A stretch of DNA of 64,000 nucleotides from Pavona decussata (Eukaryota): positions 558,001 to 622,000 of the forward strand of contig CDRNST010000091.1 of assembly GCA_977016875.1 (NCBI GenBank), in the 5' to 3' direction. Position numbers and translations under genes: made by a program. Of this stretch, positions 1 through 12,952 are shown piece by piece. Within the stretch, counting starts at the first letter, position 1. The number at the start of each line of letters is the position of its first letter. Under the pieces are notes generated by a model that made no database searches, was not told the origin of the DNA, and worked only from the letters and a program-made list of their open reading frames with translations.

Positions 1-1531
1 ACATGATGGACAATATCAACATTACCGGCATTAATACCAAGAATGACATCATCATGTATATAAGACACTATTGGAACAGAAAGTTTAGTTAAAAAAAATG
101 TAATGGGAGAGGAAGGCTTATCTGATGGCTTGTATGAAAAGTGTTAAGGGTAGTTTTCTGTGCAGTGTGACTGATTTCAAGAACCAACAAAAACTTACCA
201 AAAGTTGCTGCAGAGTATACCATCACTGACATCTTGAATCCATATAAAGCAACACTAGGACACTGGCGAGGTCTTTAAAATTACATTAAAAAACCAATAA
301 GTGATAGAACACTGAAATTACCAACTAACTTTTACGTATAATGCATGAAGCTGGGATTTCATTGTCACATAATTTTGCATATATTTACAGGTGTGAGTTC
401 ATGTGCCTAAATCAAACTAGAAAAAACATACGGACAGCTTAATTACCCTCTTATGTAAATTCAGATCCATTAATGCATGAAAAATTACATGACAGTGAAA
501 ATTCACCTTGAGTAAGGTTTACCCTAATTGCTAAAGGATTGGGACATCAGTCTTAAGAATTAAGACTCCAATTTATTACTTCAATTTCTAATGTATGCAT
601 TACAAATATCACCTATATGCAACTATGGACAATCAATAAATCAGACATTTTGTATAAAGTACAGTAGGTTAAGAAAATTTTAGCAGCTGAATCAACCTAC
701 TGGAAGCATGCTCTCTGTTGAAGGATACCTGTAATTTTTGACAGACCATCAAGTTCATCTAATTCACAATCTTAGGACATCTTCACAAAAATCATAGGAG
801 ATTATATCAACACGCAATTGAGCGCTAGAAAAATTACCACAACGTAAACCATGACAAAGTGTCTGTAATGATCACTCATCTTTCCTGGCATATCTTTTCA
901 TCTGTTTTCAAGGGCCGGCCCACAGTTGTAAACAGTAAGTTTATGTAAGTTTATCTAAGTTATTAAAACAGTAAGTTTTTTTAGACATATTCTCTGGACT
1001 GGGGGTTAATTATATATATAATCTCCACTGATCTCACAGTTGTTTTATATTAATTGATTATTTTGCAATTGGACCTGAGAGATTTAGACAACAAACAAAC
1101 AAAGAAATAGGGTAAAATCACAACATCAGCTTAATATGATGACAAATCAAACATGTTCCTGTAAAATTCGCAGAAGCATATAAATTTTGAAACTTTCTTC
1201 GATGGATACCTACATGTAAGCTTAACTTTAAGATGGCCAAAGAAAACAACCGGCTGTTTTCACTCTCGATCGTTGGCTCTATCCGTAAATTAACTACAGT
1301 GATAGCCAGCAAGACTTATGAGAGTTCACAAATAAATCAAATTAGCTTCTAACAAGCATCACGCGATCCGTCTCACAAACTTTACGTGTGGTTGCTTCGG
1401 AACAGAAGTGTGTACGTTCTGCTAGATTTATGCTCGCTGTTCGTGGAAGAGGGTAAGTATGACAGCGGTACACAGAACTTGATCTTAATTTATCTCCACA
1501 TTGAGTTCCCATAAACTTGTCCCAAGCTTAC

Positions 1532-1600
1532 CTTCTGGCATGCCGAAAATCTGCAGGGAAATTGAGCTGCACGTAAACGCCAAAGCGATCAAGCTTTTCC
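1532..1600 (-). other. First (5'UTR/uORF) exon of a third GT-NACHT gene copy (C); gene body lies left of the window
   Basis: ATGCCAGAAG|gtaagc donor identical to exon 1 of genes A and B; the 5' boundary is not determinable. Confidence 0.65.
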
Positions 1601-1810
1601 CAGCAGCCTACATATTGAGAATCTTGTGACTCAATGAAGTCAGCCCATGGTTACACAATTAACAACAGATAAGAAAACGAAAAAATTCAAAGATAAAAGA
1701 TACAAAACAATTTAAAACTGCACCCTGATGTAGTATTCTATGGCTGCATCCGCGTTGCTCCCAAGTATGGTAAAGGGCTTATTTCATTGGTCAAATAGTG
1801 TCACATGGTT
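1545..1810 (-). promoter_or_regulatory. Putative proximal promoter of copy C
   Basis: AP-1 TGACTCA at 1627-1633, adjacent CRE-like TGAAGTCA, CCAAT box on minus strand at 1786-1790, E-box GTCACATG; directly upstream of exon 1. Confidence 0.45.
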
Positions 1811-2050
1811 TGTCATTTGAAGCTGGAAGAACAAGATTCTACGCTGGACAAGGAATCAAGGATTAAGGACAAGGAAATGGATTTTTGAGGGCATCGAAAG
1901 AGAAAAACCCAAGTATAAAATCAAGAACACCCAACCTGGATGACTTAATCCGCAGTCTCATCAACGCCCTACTCTTCACCGTTTATAAGTCGTTTGCTTT
2001 TGTATTTGTTTTTTCTCTCCTTGGGCAGAAGCCTGTGATCTGGATACTAA

Positions 2051-2453
2051 GGGGCTATTTTCATGGAGGAAAATCCAAGCACTAGGAAGATCCTAGAAGG
2101 CGGATCACCCAAGCGCCATATGTTTTCTGTATTCAGTTTACATGCAAAAAGTTGTACATGGCCCTAGCGATAGGATCTTGCCGGATAGCTGACGATTGAG
2201 CTGAGAGAGAGGAAGATCCCAGCACCATGTAATCTAGATTCTCTTGAAAGATCCTAGTACTAAGGACAAAAAAGAACAAGCATGGCTGCAGCCGAGCGTT
2301 CAGCTGCTAGAGGCCGACAATTTTTCTTCTTTCCCTTGTCCACTTGGGAACCACTCCGACAGAAATTTCTGCATATGAAACACAAGAAAAGTTGATCCGC
2401 CTTCTTGGATCTTCCTTGTGCTAGGATCCTCCTCCTTCCATATAAACAATGCC
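2051..2453. mobile_element. Old PIF/Harbinger-like MITE shared by all three units (also 32531-32937 and 59007-59409)
   Basis: TAA on both flanks; degenerate long inverted ends (gaagatcctagaaggcggatca / tgatccgccttcttggatcttc). Confidence 0.6.
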
Positions 2454-3005
2454 TAAGCCTTGGAGTCAACCAGTCTTCAGGGGACCTTCGGACCACCCAC
2501 AGTTCAATTATTCAATCAAAGAAGAGAAATGAAAGTTCAATTGTAATACATCATATCTTCTCGCTTAAAAAGTCGTTCTAAAAATAAACTTTACCCGGGA
2601 AATTTTTTCAATCAAGGAATACAATACAACAGAGACAGACAGTCATTGGGTACTGACCTGGGCTGTTGCCTTGCTGAAGAGCTATGCCGACAGCAGTTCA
2701 AGCTCCTGACACGTCCAACAAGACCGGCCAGGCTTTGGGGAAAAATGGGATTAACTACGCCACCTTGTAAAAGAGCTCTGTTATACGGAAACCGCTACAA
2801 TAAGGCTTCAAGAACAGACCTTGTCAATTTAAGCTCTAACCAACCAACCGACAGGATGACTACTACTGGCCAAAGCCTTCTGAGGGACGCTAGGAGTGTG
2901 AGTGAGAGTTTTCTGTGGTCCTGATCCAAAGCAAAGCATGGAATGTGCGCACCATGCACGAAACAGGTTATTGGTGAGATAAAAAGGTAGCAGCTGAATA
3001 TCATT

Positions 3006-3418
3006 TACCTATGTACAGCCACCACCACCCCCCCCCCCCCTCACCCCTCAGGAAAGCTCCATGTTACTGTGTAACTGTTATTTTTAATATTGAAGACAAC
3101 AAAATTATTGCAGCATTTCCAACCATGTAAAAGTTGAGAACTTTAATTTAAAAATATGCAAAAAAACCATTTTACTTTTGACTCAGGATATGGGTGTAAG
3201 GTTCGATTAAATGCAACAGCTACAGGACTCAGATAATTTTCCTCGGCGTTACTCGGCTTCCCTTATGTACCCGAGTCATGTCTTCATACAACTATCAGCA
3301 GGTCTGTCTTTCAACCACTTAAGAGTTCACATTGTGTTCATCCAATCAGAAGCCGATTTACCACTGGCCTCCATCTTTAATTTATTCCTGAGGGGAGGGA
3401 GCGGCTGTACACAGGCTA
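3006..3418. mobile_element. MITE with 9-bp TSD; also at 59962-60371, absent from the unit-A upstream region
   Basis: TIR tacctatgtacagcc / ggctgtacacaggcta; TSD aatatcatt / aacatcatt; empty site ctgaacatcattgg at ~33551. Confidence 0.85.
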
Positions 3419-3589
3419 AACATCATTGGAATAAGTGAATTCCCATGTTCAGATGGCTCGGCCATGTTCTAAGAATACCTTGGTAACGCATACCCCAAAA
3501 AATACTAAGGTGTACACCCCGAGAGAGAAAAAAAAAACAAACGAACAAGAAAAAAGCCGTGGAATCCGAACCCAGAAATGCGAGCCTTA

Positions 3590-4144
3590 TGCACTTGTCA
3601 TCGGCTTTCCCGAGGTTGATGAATCCCCGGGATAGGCAAGGATTTGGTAATGGTGCGTTTCAAAGTCCCTGTATTTCCCCACCTGCGGAGATTTTTTTAT
3701 CTGGCAAAGCCCCCACCATGTGGAGAAGACAAACACTCATTAAGAGCTCAAGACGTACTGCATTTTAATACTGTGAACAATTAAGCTAACGTTAACGTTA
3801 CTTTAAAATATAAGATGCAGTTACTTGCACTACTTCGCAATTATTCCAATTAGTACGGCTTGTATGTTATATTTCATGCACAAATAACAATGGATTTTAA
3901 CACTTTATACCTTCTCGTTTTTCTCCTTCAAACTGTTTCTATCGACAACTTGTTCCCAATCTCCTCTCGCCTTTCATGGTGTAAAGTCTCCACATTTTGC
4001 CCGAAGGTCAGGTCGTCATAAATCTAAGTCCGCCATTTCCCCCACCCAACTCAATGTCTTGCATTTGTTGCAAAGTCCCCAAAAAGACCTCAGTTTCCCC
4101 AGATATGACCCGGGTCCTCCTCAGGGAAGCCGATGACACGTGCG
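3590..4144. mobile_element. Old TIR element of the TGCACTTGTCATCGGC family (also 33734-34236 and a truncated copy at ~60548-61010)
   Basis: Ends tgcacttgtcatcggctttcccgagg / cctcagggaagccgatgacacgtgcg; same TIR as the young element at 57586-58537. Confidence 0.75.
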
Positions 4145-5616
4145 AAGATAGCAAAAGATCATGAGAAATGCCCGGGGAGAGATATGGAGAGTGAGGAGAG
4201 GGGGGGGGGGGGGGGGGGAGGGTGATGCGACAGTGTTCTCCAAACCCTCGCCCTACTGTAATTTTTCAGTACCTTTTTTTCACACCTGGCACTAAAATTC
4301 AGGCCCATTTTCTGACCTGGTTTCCAGACACTCTACCCATCCTCAGACTTTCAAACCAAACTGGTCAAAATCTGATCCCTACTCCAGACCAAACGGCTTA
4401 AAAACTACACCCTTCGGTAGTACAGTTTATATAGGGAAGTCCCCCGGAGAGAGATAGCAGGGGATGGTTGCGACTTTATACCTCACTGAGGGAGCGAACA
4501 GGACGAGTGAGTTACTTTTGTATTAAAAGAAAAATGATAAACGTTATCTGCTACTGGTAAGAAGTTAGGAAATCTAAAAAATTACAGTAGATCTGCACCT
4601 TTTAAAAGCTCTTGTTTCACTGGACCCTATGACCTGCATGCAGCTGTAGTTTTTTAGGGTTGGGAACATTGTCCTGTTATTCCCTCTTTTGTCCCCTTGA
4701 CCAACCATGCAACACGTTGCAAATGGTGCGTGTCGCATGGTGCTCGGCGGCCAAAATTTTCCCTGGTAAAATTGCTTCAATATGTTGAGAGCCCATTTTT
4801 TCAACAACACGTGCATGGCGAGAAATAATACAAAGCTCCCAATAAATATTTTCCAAGCTTTGTCGCAAAAAAGATATTTCAAAGTTCCTGGAGGAGGGGG
4901 GGGGGAATACCCTAGGAATTTCAGGGTAGCTGGGGGTGCTCCTCTGGGACGAGCCTTAAGAGTTTTTTCACTGACAAAAGAAAAAATAGCAAAAGTCATA
5001 ACATTGGGGCGAGTCGATGGGCTCCTGGTGCACTATTATTTGAGAATAAGAAACAATGTATGCCAGTTTTGTCCAAATTGAAACCGATTCCTAAAAATGA
5101 ATGGTCATCGCAAATTTTCTTTTTGGTTTCGAGTAACACTGTAACACTTTACATGATCTCTTTTCCCACATAGTCCAACAAACAACCTTATTATAGGAAA
5201 TTAACGCTTGTGTTAAGGTATTCGAAATTAACGCGACTTAAATCATTAACGCGAATTGAAGAAAAATTACCTCCAAATAAAGAAATTTAACGCCAAAGAG
5301 ATGCTAAAAATTCAAAATGAGGGAAGTTAACGCGACTTACACCAGAAACAGAATTTGTTCAGAGAACAGGAACAAACTTATTTTAACACTAAGTGTAAAA
5401 ATCCAAAGTGCAACCATGTCCCTGGAAATGTCCCTAAACGTAGCAAAGGAATCTGGCCACTTAAAGCGTCCTTCAGCGTCCATGGTATCGGAGTGTATCG
5501 AGAATTTGGGGCGAAAATAATGGAAACTAAGGTCGCGGAAATTAACGTTCCACTTAATTAATGACGCGGAAATTATCATTAACGAATATTAACGCGACTT
5601 AATTAACGTGAATTTT

Positions 5617-5816
5617 TGTGGGGAATGTATTAGAATAAAACAGAAATTCCCTGACACACTGAAGAATCCACCGTTTTCCAGTTTACTGTTTAACAACCAA
5701 CGCAAGAAAAACGCAGTGTTACAGTGCAAGGCCAAGTGCCCTTTTTTGCGAGCACGTGTGTTATAAAAACCCGAAAACCCTATTTCCAAATATGGTCATA
5801 AAATCTGACGCGTAAC
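5617..5816 (-). repeat. 3' LTR of BEL/Pao element (lacks the first ~22 nt of the 5' LTR); polypurine tract at 5817-5824
   Basis: Direct repeat of 10954-11177; adjacent cctccccc reads GGGGGAGG on the minus strand. Confidence 0.9.
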
Positions 5817-5858
5817 CCTCCCCCTATTAAAGGGCTGATAAGCAGCTTTAATACAGCT

Positions 5859-8800
5859 CTAATCGTCTTCAAACTCGTTCATTGCAATTCCGATCATCCG
5901 GTTCCTTGCCGCACTCTTTGCTGCTCGTCTAGGTTGCTGCCGCGGTTGAAACTCTGGCGCATCTGGATTCAAAACTGTGCAGTGTAGCTGGGGTGGTGTG
6001 CCTATCTCCAAATCCGTGACCAGTTGAACAGGGCGTTCTACAATGTACCCGTTTCCTGTCAATATCTTGAATCCTCGCAGAATGCCATCCCTTCCCTTGA
6101 TGTGGCTTTCAACTCTTCCAAGTTTCCACTTTCCAGTGTTCTTAATGGAGTCTTTAATTAGGACCATGGACCCTTCTGAGGGAACCGTCATGTTTTCAGC
6201 TACTGGAGTCTTAGATCTCTCCTCCAATGCATGAAGATACTCTTTAACCCATCGTTTGCGCAGCTGCAGTCGGCAACTCCTCAAGTAACGCAATCTTCTA
6301 GTGACGTCGCTAGTGTCATCTAAAGTGCCAAAATCTTCTTCAAGAAAAGTCGCAGGTCTTCCTCTGATAAGGATGCTAGGTGTAACTGTCTGCTGCTCAA
6401 ACTCTTCACCTACGTAACACAACGGTCTGTTGTTTGCAAAGCATTCTACATCTAGAAGTGTTTCCTCTAGTTCTGCATAAGAGAGCAATGCTCTACCAAT
6501 AACCTTTGAAAGACAGGACTTCACGATGCCAACCATACGTTCAAAAAATCCTCCCCACCAGGGGGCTCTGGAGAGGTTAAACTTCCACTGAATCTGCTGT
6601 GATGCGAGGTAGTTGTTCAGATCTTCATCTTCTTGCAGAGTGTTGAGCCATCCTTTAGTCGCTATGAACGTCTTCGCATTATCGCTCACTATCAGTCGCG
6701 GGGCACCTCGTCTCGCCACAAATAGCCCACTTTGAAAAAGAGTGATGGCCTGGGTCGAGAGTAACTGCCCAAGTGATTGTGGGATTGTTTGGGGGGACGT
6801 AGCTATTGTTATCGTCCCCCCAAACAATCCCACAATCGCTTGGGCAGCTACTCTCGACCCAGGCCATCACTCTTTTTCAAAGTGGGCTATTCCTTCAATG
6901 CTCGTTTAAATTGCTCAACAGTCATGTCCGTGCACAATCTTAGAAGCTTTCAGTACTTGTGCTTCTGGATAAGTTCCTCGGCCCAAGTTTATTGTGAGTT
7001 CTGATTTCCCTGTTTTTGGAGAAGTGCAGCATCTTTTCTCGGTAATGCTTCAGTTTGAGCTTCTGCTGTCTCCCTGACTTATACCTTCTCTGGCCATTCT
7101 TCGACGCTGCTCAGGGCATTTAGGGCCCTTCAGCCAAAACTGATCAATTCTCGCGGGAGCAACTCCCCTGGTTCCTAAGTCACTAGGATTCTCTGTTGTT
7201 GGGACGTTATGCCACACAAAGGTTCCAAGATCCTGTATCTTTGCGACTCTGTTCCCGACGTACTGTGACCATTTGCCCTTGTGTTCCAACCAGTAGATTA
7301 CAGTAGTGTATGATTCAGCAACTTGGCAAGAGTGAGGGCAGCAGTGAGTTCTAGGCGTGGAATCGACGTGTTCTTAGGAGCAATTCTTGACTTGGAAACA
7401 AGAAGGTTTTGACTGACAGACCCATCCAAGTACTTAGCAACAACGTAAACAGCCGCACACACAGCTGATTTGCTGGCATCCGAAAATCCGTGTAACGACA
7501 GTTCCCTTTTGTTGTAGTCAACAACACTTCTTGGAATTGCAAGGGTTGGCCGTTTCTTTAAACTGCTGATCCACTTGTTCCACTTCTGTACAATTTCATT
7601 AGGGAGGGGTGCATCCCATGAGATCTTCTGTGAACAAACTTCGCTAAAGATGATCTTTCCAGTAATCATAACTGATGAAGCCAAACCGAGAATGTCATAA
7701 ACACTGTTAAATGCCGCTAGCATCTTCCGCTTTGTTACTGGCTCTGTTTCAGCGCAGCATGGTTTAAAATAAACAAAGATTGTGTCTGTCGACTTGTCCC
7801 ACTGGGTGCCTAGTATTCTGGCCCTTTGATCCTCTCTCTGTGATCCCTTGTTCTCAGGTGTACTTTCAAGGGTGGGTACATTGCTATGCCACTTGTGTAG
7901 TGTGAACCCTCCTTTGTGCATGATCTGTGTCGCTTCCTCCTTAAACCGTGTGAGGGCTTCCACGTTGTCGCTCCCATATTGTATGTCATCAACATAAGTG
8001 TCATCCAGGAGCGCTTTAGCTATGTCTGGAATTTCTTCCTGAAGTGCCAACAAGTGTTTCTGGAGAGTCGAACCCAAAATGTAAGGGCTAGGTGCTGCAC
8101 CGAAGATCACTCGTGTAAAGCGATACTCAACCACCTTTCGCTCGTCCAAATTGTCAAACCAAAGTACTCTTTGGGCATCACGATCATCCTCATGAACACG
8201 AATCTGGTGAAATGCTTTCTCTATGTCTCCAGTGACGCATAATTTCTTCAACCGATTACGAAGGAGAATGTCAAAGAGCCCGGGTTGAAGAGCTGGGCCG
8301 GTCTCTAGGCAATCATTCAACGAAGGCAATTGCTGACTGGTCTTGGAGGAGCAGTCATAGACTATGCGCATTTTTGTCGACTCAGCCTCCTCGCGAATGA
8401 CAGGATGATGTGGAACATAGTGCACGATTTCTCCAGTGGGCTGAGTTGGAGCAGGCTCAAGTATTCCTCTCTAAATTTGTTCTCGCATAATGGTGTTGTA
8501 CTCCACTAGTTTATTATGTTTCTCCAAGCGCCTTGTTGTTCCCCAGAGTCGTGCCATTGCTAGCCCCTTGTTGGTTGGGAGCGGTCCATGGGGAAGCTTC
8601 CAAGGCAGTCGTGTCTCCTAACACCCTTCACTCTTGAACTCGATTTGGTTTTTAAAGTCTTGGCGGAATGAGGGGTTGAGAGTATCGGTATCATCCAGGC
8701 CAAGCACATCCATGGAGCACAAGCGTTCACACTCACTTCGGCTCGTGGTTAAAAGGAATTCCTTTTCCACACCACCTCCATCTGAAATAAGCCTCCCATA

Positions 8801-10680
8801 TAAGATCCATCCCAGCATAGTGGATTCCGCTCCAGGGTCAGTGTCAGGATTGTTTCCAAGAATTGGTGGTTCTGTTGAACGGATGCGCTGGTAATCAGCT
8901 GCTCCTAGGATGATATGTACAGGAAGCTGATCTGCCAATTCTTCTTCATCACTCAGTTGTAGCTTCCTAAGTCGAGGGTACTCCCGTTTCAAGTCCTTAA
9001 TTCTTGGATTAGGTAGAGATGTCAACACATCCTTCTCTGCATTGATACAATTAACAACAAAGGTAAAACCATCCACAAAAGCAGACTCAATGTTTAAGGA
9101 GTAAATATCCACTCTTCTTGTAACTGTTCCATACATCTGCTCAATGCATCTTGTCTCCTGACGGATCGGTGAGATTTCCAGCTTTGTAATCAGGTCTGAG
9201 CAGACGTAAGAACTTCCCCCTCCTGTGTCAATCATGATCCTAGCTTCCTGTCCATTGACCATTGCTCGCACTGTGGCATGTAAGGTTGAAGTAGACCGAG
9301 TTGAAGCGCTCATGTTCTTTTCTGTTGATGCAGCAACACTACCTTGCTCGGGGACAGTTGAAATTCTTCTTTCACAAAGGGATGTATGATGCCGCTGTCC
9401 ACAGTATTTGCAGGGTCTTGAACGGCATGCAGAAACAAGATGGTTATCACCAGTACAGTTGTAGCACAAATTCTTCCTTCGTATGAGGTCTCTTAGGGCA
9501 GCGACAGTCAACACCTTTGTACAGTTCACAGATGAATGGTTTGTAGAACCGCAGTAAACACATCTATTTGCATTGGTATATCTTTGTGAGCCCTGCATCA
9601 TCAATTTTTCCGTATTTCGCCTGCCATCTCCAGGTCCGCTTTGCTGTTTGCTCCTCTCTTCCGTTCGAAGAGGGTTCCGGTCAACAAACTTACGCAGAGC
9701 TTCCACTAACTGCTCAAGTGTCCACTCCTCCCACTTATCATCTGTCTGAGTGATAACTTCCCGCACCGGTTCAAGCTTGTCCATCAGTGTGTACACGGCG
9801 CTCTGAGCTGACAACAGCTTGTCCATTGTTGACAAAGTTCGCACAACTCTCGAAAATTCGTGAACCCGGTCGAGTCGACGAATGTCCGTAATACTGTGTA
9901 AGCTCTCCATTTCCTTAATGAGCGCTTTGTGTACCTTAAAATCCTTGCCATAGGTGGTCTGCAGAATTCTCTTGGCTTCTTGGTAACCTTCTACTGTGTG
10001 CGGAAGCCCGAGTATGTCCTCCCGTGGTTGGCCCTTACGAGCTCCAAGAAATAGCTGAATTTGCTGATTTCCGATATTTTTGCACCGTCCACTTCCACTT
10101 CAAATTGATTCCAGAATCGAAGCCAATCTTTGTAATCGCCGTAAATGGAGTGATGGTATATCGCTGAAGCTTCACCGACTGTGTTGCTGATGAGCCAGGA
10201 GAATCGCTATTTCCCGCTCTGGCGTCTTTCTCCATCTCCAATTTCTTTTTCAGCCACTCTTCTTCCCGTTGTTGTTGTCTAATGTGCGCGGCTTCAAGTT
10301 CCTTTTGTTCCGCCAGTCGCGCTTCCATAACTTCCTTGTTGATGGCTCGCTGCTTTTCTAATTCTCGCTGAACCCCTTTGTCCTCCTCCCTTCTACGTCC
10401 TTCATCCAAAGACAACTTAATTTGCCCCCGAATTTCTCGAAACATTTCTAGTTTTTCCTTCTGTTGCGTAGACCAATTTTTGATCTGATCTAACGTGTGT
10501 TCGCTCTCCAACATATGCTCCCCTGTCTCGTCGATTGAAATCTCCAATTTGCGAATAAGCCCGCATATCTTGTTGTAGCAAAGTTCCAAGTCTTCTTGAT
10601 CGCAATTTTCGCAGGTTTTTGAGATTTCCTCCAGCTTCAAATTCGAAAACTCTCACAACTGATCGTGTTTCGATGTTAGC
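5859..10680 (-). pseudogene. BEL/Pao gag-pol polyprotein remnants
   Basis: Coiled-coil gag; three Cys/His knuckles (CVYCGSTNHSSVNC, CYNCTGDNHLVSAC, CKYCGQRHHTSLC); protease IMIDTGGGSSYV; RT TYVDD; RNase H LHGFSDAS; integrase SDNAKTF and PWWGGFFERMV; split over at least five ORFs by frameshifts and stops. Confidence 0.93.
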
Positions 10681-10929
10681 GCCATTTCGATCTTGTAATC
10701 TGAGCCCACCAAACTTGTGTTTGCGAGGTTGTAAACAACTCGCCTTGTGTTTTCCTACCGAAGTTAAAGTTCGAAAAACGACCTAGTAACGTGTAAATGT
10801 ACCTTTTGTCGATGAATTATCACAACTGTTCCCTCGTCGCTTGTTCTCAACCGAAAATTATCCAAAATTATCCACGATTATCCAACATTCGTCGCTTGCT
10901 GTGTTCTCGGGCGAAATCTCCAACTCGTG

Positions 10930-10946
10930 TCCTGGCAGGGTCGCCA
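10930..10946 (-). other. Primer-binding site, tRNA-Arg-like
   Basis: TGGCGACCCTGCCAGGA 7 nt inside the 5' LTR; complementary to a ...TCCTGGCAGGGTCGCCA tRNA 3' end. Confidence 0.75.
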
Positions 10947-10953
10947 CTTTCAG

Positions 10954-11199
10954 TGTGGGGAATGTATTAGAATAAAACAGAAATTCCCTGACACACTGAA
11001 GAATCCACCGTTTTCCAGTTAACTGTTTATTCACCGTTTTCCAGTTTACTGATTAACAACCACCGCGAGAAAAACGCAGTGTTACAGTGCAAGGCCAAGT
11101 GCCCTTTTTTGCGAGCACGAGTGTTATAAACCCGAAAACCCTATTTCCAAATATGGTCATAAAATCTGACGCGTAACGCAAACTGGGCAGTTTACGACA
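10954..11199 (-). repeat. 5' LTR of BEL/Pao element
   Basis: TG...CA ends; matches 5617-5816 with an extra ~26-bp internal duplication (caccgttttccagtt...). Confidence 0.9.
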
Positions 11200-11864
11200 T
11201 TTTTAGCATTCGCGTTAATTACCTATAAACACGCGCAAAAATACCTCAGCATTAGGCACCTCCGAAACCCTTGTTTCTTGGAACATTCGGTGCGCAAAAC
11301 ACATGCGCAGTAACAAAAGGCGACACCTGGAACCGTCAGTTCATACAACCCCATTCCGTAAAATGTTAAGGATAATAAACTCAGTGTTTTCGCTCAACAG
11401 CAAAAGTATATTTCTTCTACATTAACAAGGTACAAATTTACACATTGTTTTGAATAAATCAAAAAATATTTGCACCACGCTACAAAACTAATCTCAGCAA
11501 GTCTCTTTTTGAAATGTTCCTTGCAAAAGACGCAGGAGAACGCCATTCTTTACTAAACCATAAAATTACTATGAATAGAATATGGCGTGATACATTGTTA
11601 CATAAATTAGTAACCATTTACATCGATTCTGCTTACATGAAGGTTATAGCTAAGACCATCTCCAAACTGAAAACAAGCCAAAATTCAAGTGAATGAATTT
11701 AATCAAGCCTTTCACTCCTTATGTCATGTCACTGTGGTTCCACGCTTTCAGTCCGTTGATCCAGACCTTAACTATAACCATTCTAGTTCAAAATCTACCG
11801 AGCTGTACGTTCCACCGTTACCATTCGTGTGATACATTGGTACCAACGTGCTGGTTTGACGTCA

Positions 11865-12520
11865 GCATTCAAATGAAAGCTAATGAGCAGTACTTTCTTG
11901 AAGCACTGTTTATTACGCTGTACAAGGAGGTGACATCTTTTGAGTCTAGATGAAATCGTGAGGTTCATATTCAAAACTATCTTGCAGAACTTTCCACCTG
12001 CACTAATTTTTTCTATGCCGAAAACTTTTAAGTCTGTTTATGAAATCCTATCGTGCCACCTTAACAGAAATTGACCAACACTTTCCCTTGATGATGTTTA
12101 TTTTTGTTTCTTTACAAAATTAACAATCAAATTGGGCTTCTTACCCACATTTGATGTTATTGACTAGTACTTTTCCTTGATGCTGTTTATTTTTGTTTCT
12201 TTCCAAAATTAACAATCAAATTGGGCTTCCTACCCACATTTGATGTTATCGAGCAGTACTTTCCTGTAGCACTGTTTATTAATCTGTACAAGGTGGTGAC
12301 ATCTTTTCAGTCTGGATGAAATCGTGAGGTTTAATTAATTATATACAAAAACTAGTCTGCTGCACTTTCGGCTTGCACTGTTTGCGGTGTCACACAAGAT
12401 GATCACGACTTTTTTGCCTGTTGATGAAATCTTGTAGTTACCTTTAAAAAATGACCAACATGCTGTTTGTTTAAAATTTCTTTACAAAAATCAAATTGGG
12501 CTTCTTACCCACATTTGATA
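11865..12520. repeat. Degenerate ~90-100 bp repeat cluster (gagcagtactttc...ctgtttatt...ctgtacaaggtgg), with a ~90-bp tandem duplication at ~12080-12260; homolog at ~35785-36355
   Basis: Recurring units visible by eye; caatcaaattgggcttc occurs at 12124 and 12214, and a related copy near 12490. Confidence 0.65.
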
Positions 12521-12686
12521 TTGTGTGCTTTTCGTGGCGGGAGAAAACGGTGATCCACGTTGCTACCCTCAATGGTAAAAACATTAAAATAACATTACCT
12601 AAACAATTATAAACCTATGGAAACTTCTATACAAAATAAAAAGCGAAAAAGACTTATCTTGGTTAACCAGGTTACAGCGATTTCAG

Positions 12687-12738
12687 GGCCCAGTTGCTCG
12701 AAGCATGGTTAGCGCTAACCCAGGTTAAACACCATGAC

Positions 12739-12775
<37 letters not shown>

Positions 12776-12803
12776 CGCTAACCATGCTTCGAGCAACTCA
12801 GCC
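12687..12803. mobile_element. 117-bp PIF/Harbinger-like MITE
   Basis: TIR ggcccagttgctcgaagcatggttagcgctaacc; CAG TSD; empty site at ~36520; near-identical copy at 42285-42401. Confidence 0.9.
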
Positions 12804-12952
12804 CAGGTTGTCAACAATTAGCAAGAACGTTGATCAGTATTACCGTGACCCTATAAAGATGTCACCATAGCAACAACCGGTACAATATCACAAGGCAATG
12901 GTCGTTCCTATGATGACATAAGGGGCCTTACCACTGGAGTATAGGTAAAAGA

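Larger units (their letters stand above)
1..5616. repeat. Tandem duplication unit, copy C segment (intron 1, exon 1, promoter and upstream region); homologous to ~30040-35190 and ~56080-62780
   Basis: Long colinear matches, e.g. gaaccaacaaaaacttaccaaaagttgctgcagag near 181, 30180 and 56180; exon-1 ATGs at 1541, 32004 and 57550 give unit spacings of 30463 and 25546 bp. Confidence 0.95.
5617..11199 (-). mobile_element. BEL/Pao LTR retrotransposon, decayed and internally deleted
   Basis: Paired LTRs, PBS, purine tract and gag-PR-RT-RH-IN remnants; inserted in a T-run (empty site gtgaatttttaaaattcgcg at ~62771). Confidence 0.95.
5191..11228. mobile_element. TIR element with subterminal AATTAACGCG repeats, interrupted by the BEL/Pao insertion (copy without BEL at 62131-62804)
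   Basis: Ends ttataggaaattaacgc / gcgttaatttacctataa; many internal aattaacgcg motifs; the sister copy is contiguous across the BEL site. Confidence 0.65.

Noticed and set aside
2260-2496. Conserved 78-aa ORF repeated at 59216-59452
   Set aside because: Similarity reflects recent duplication of an old MITE; non-ATG start and altered in unit A
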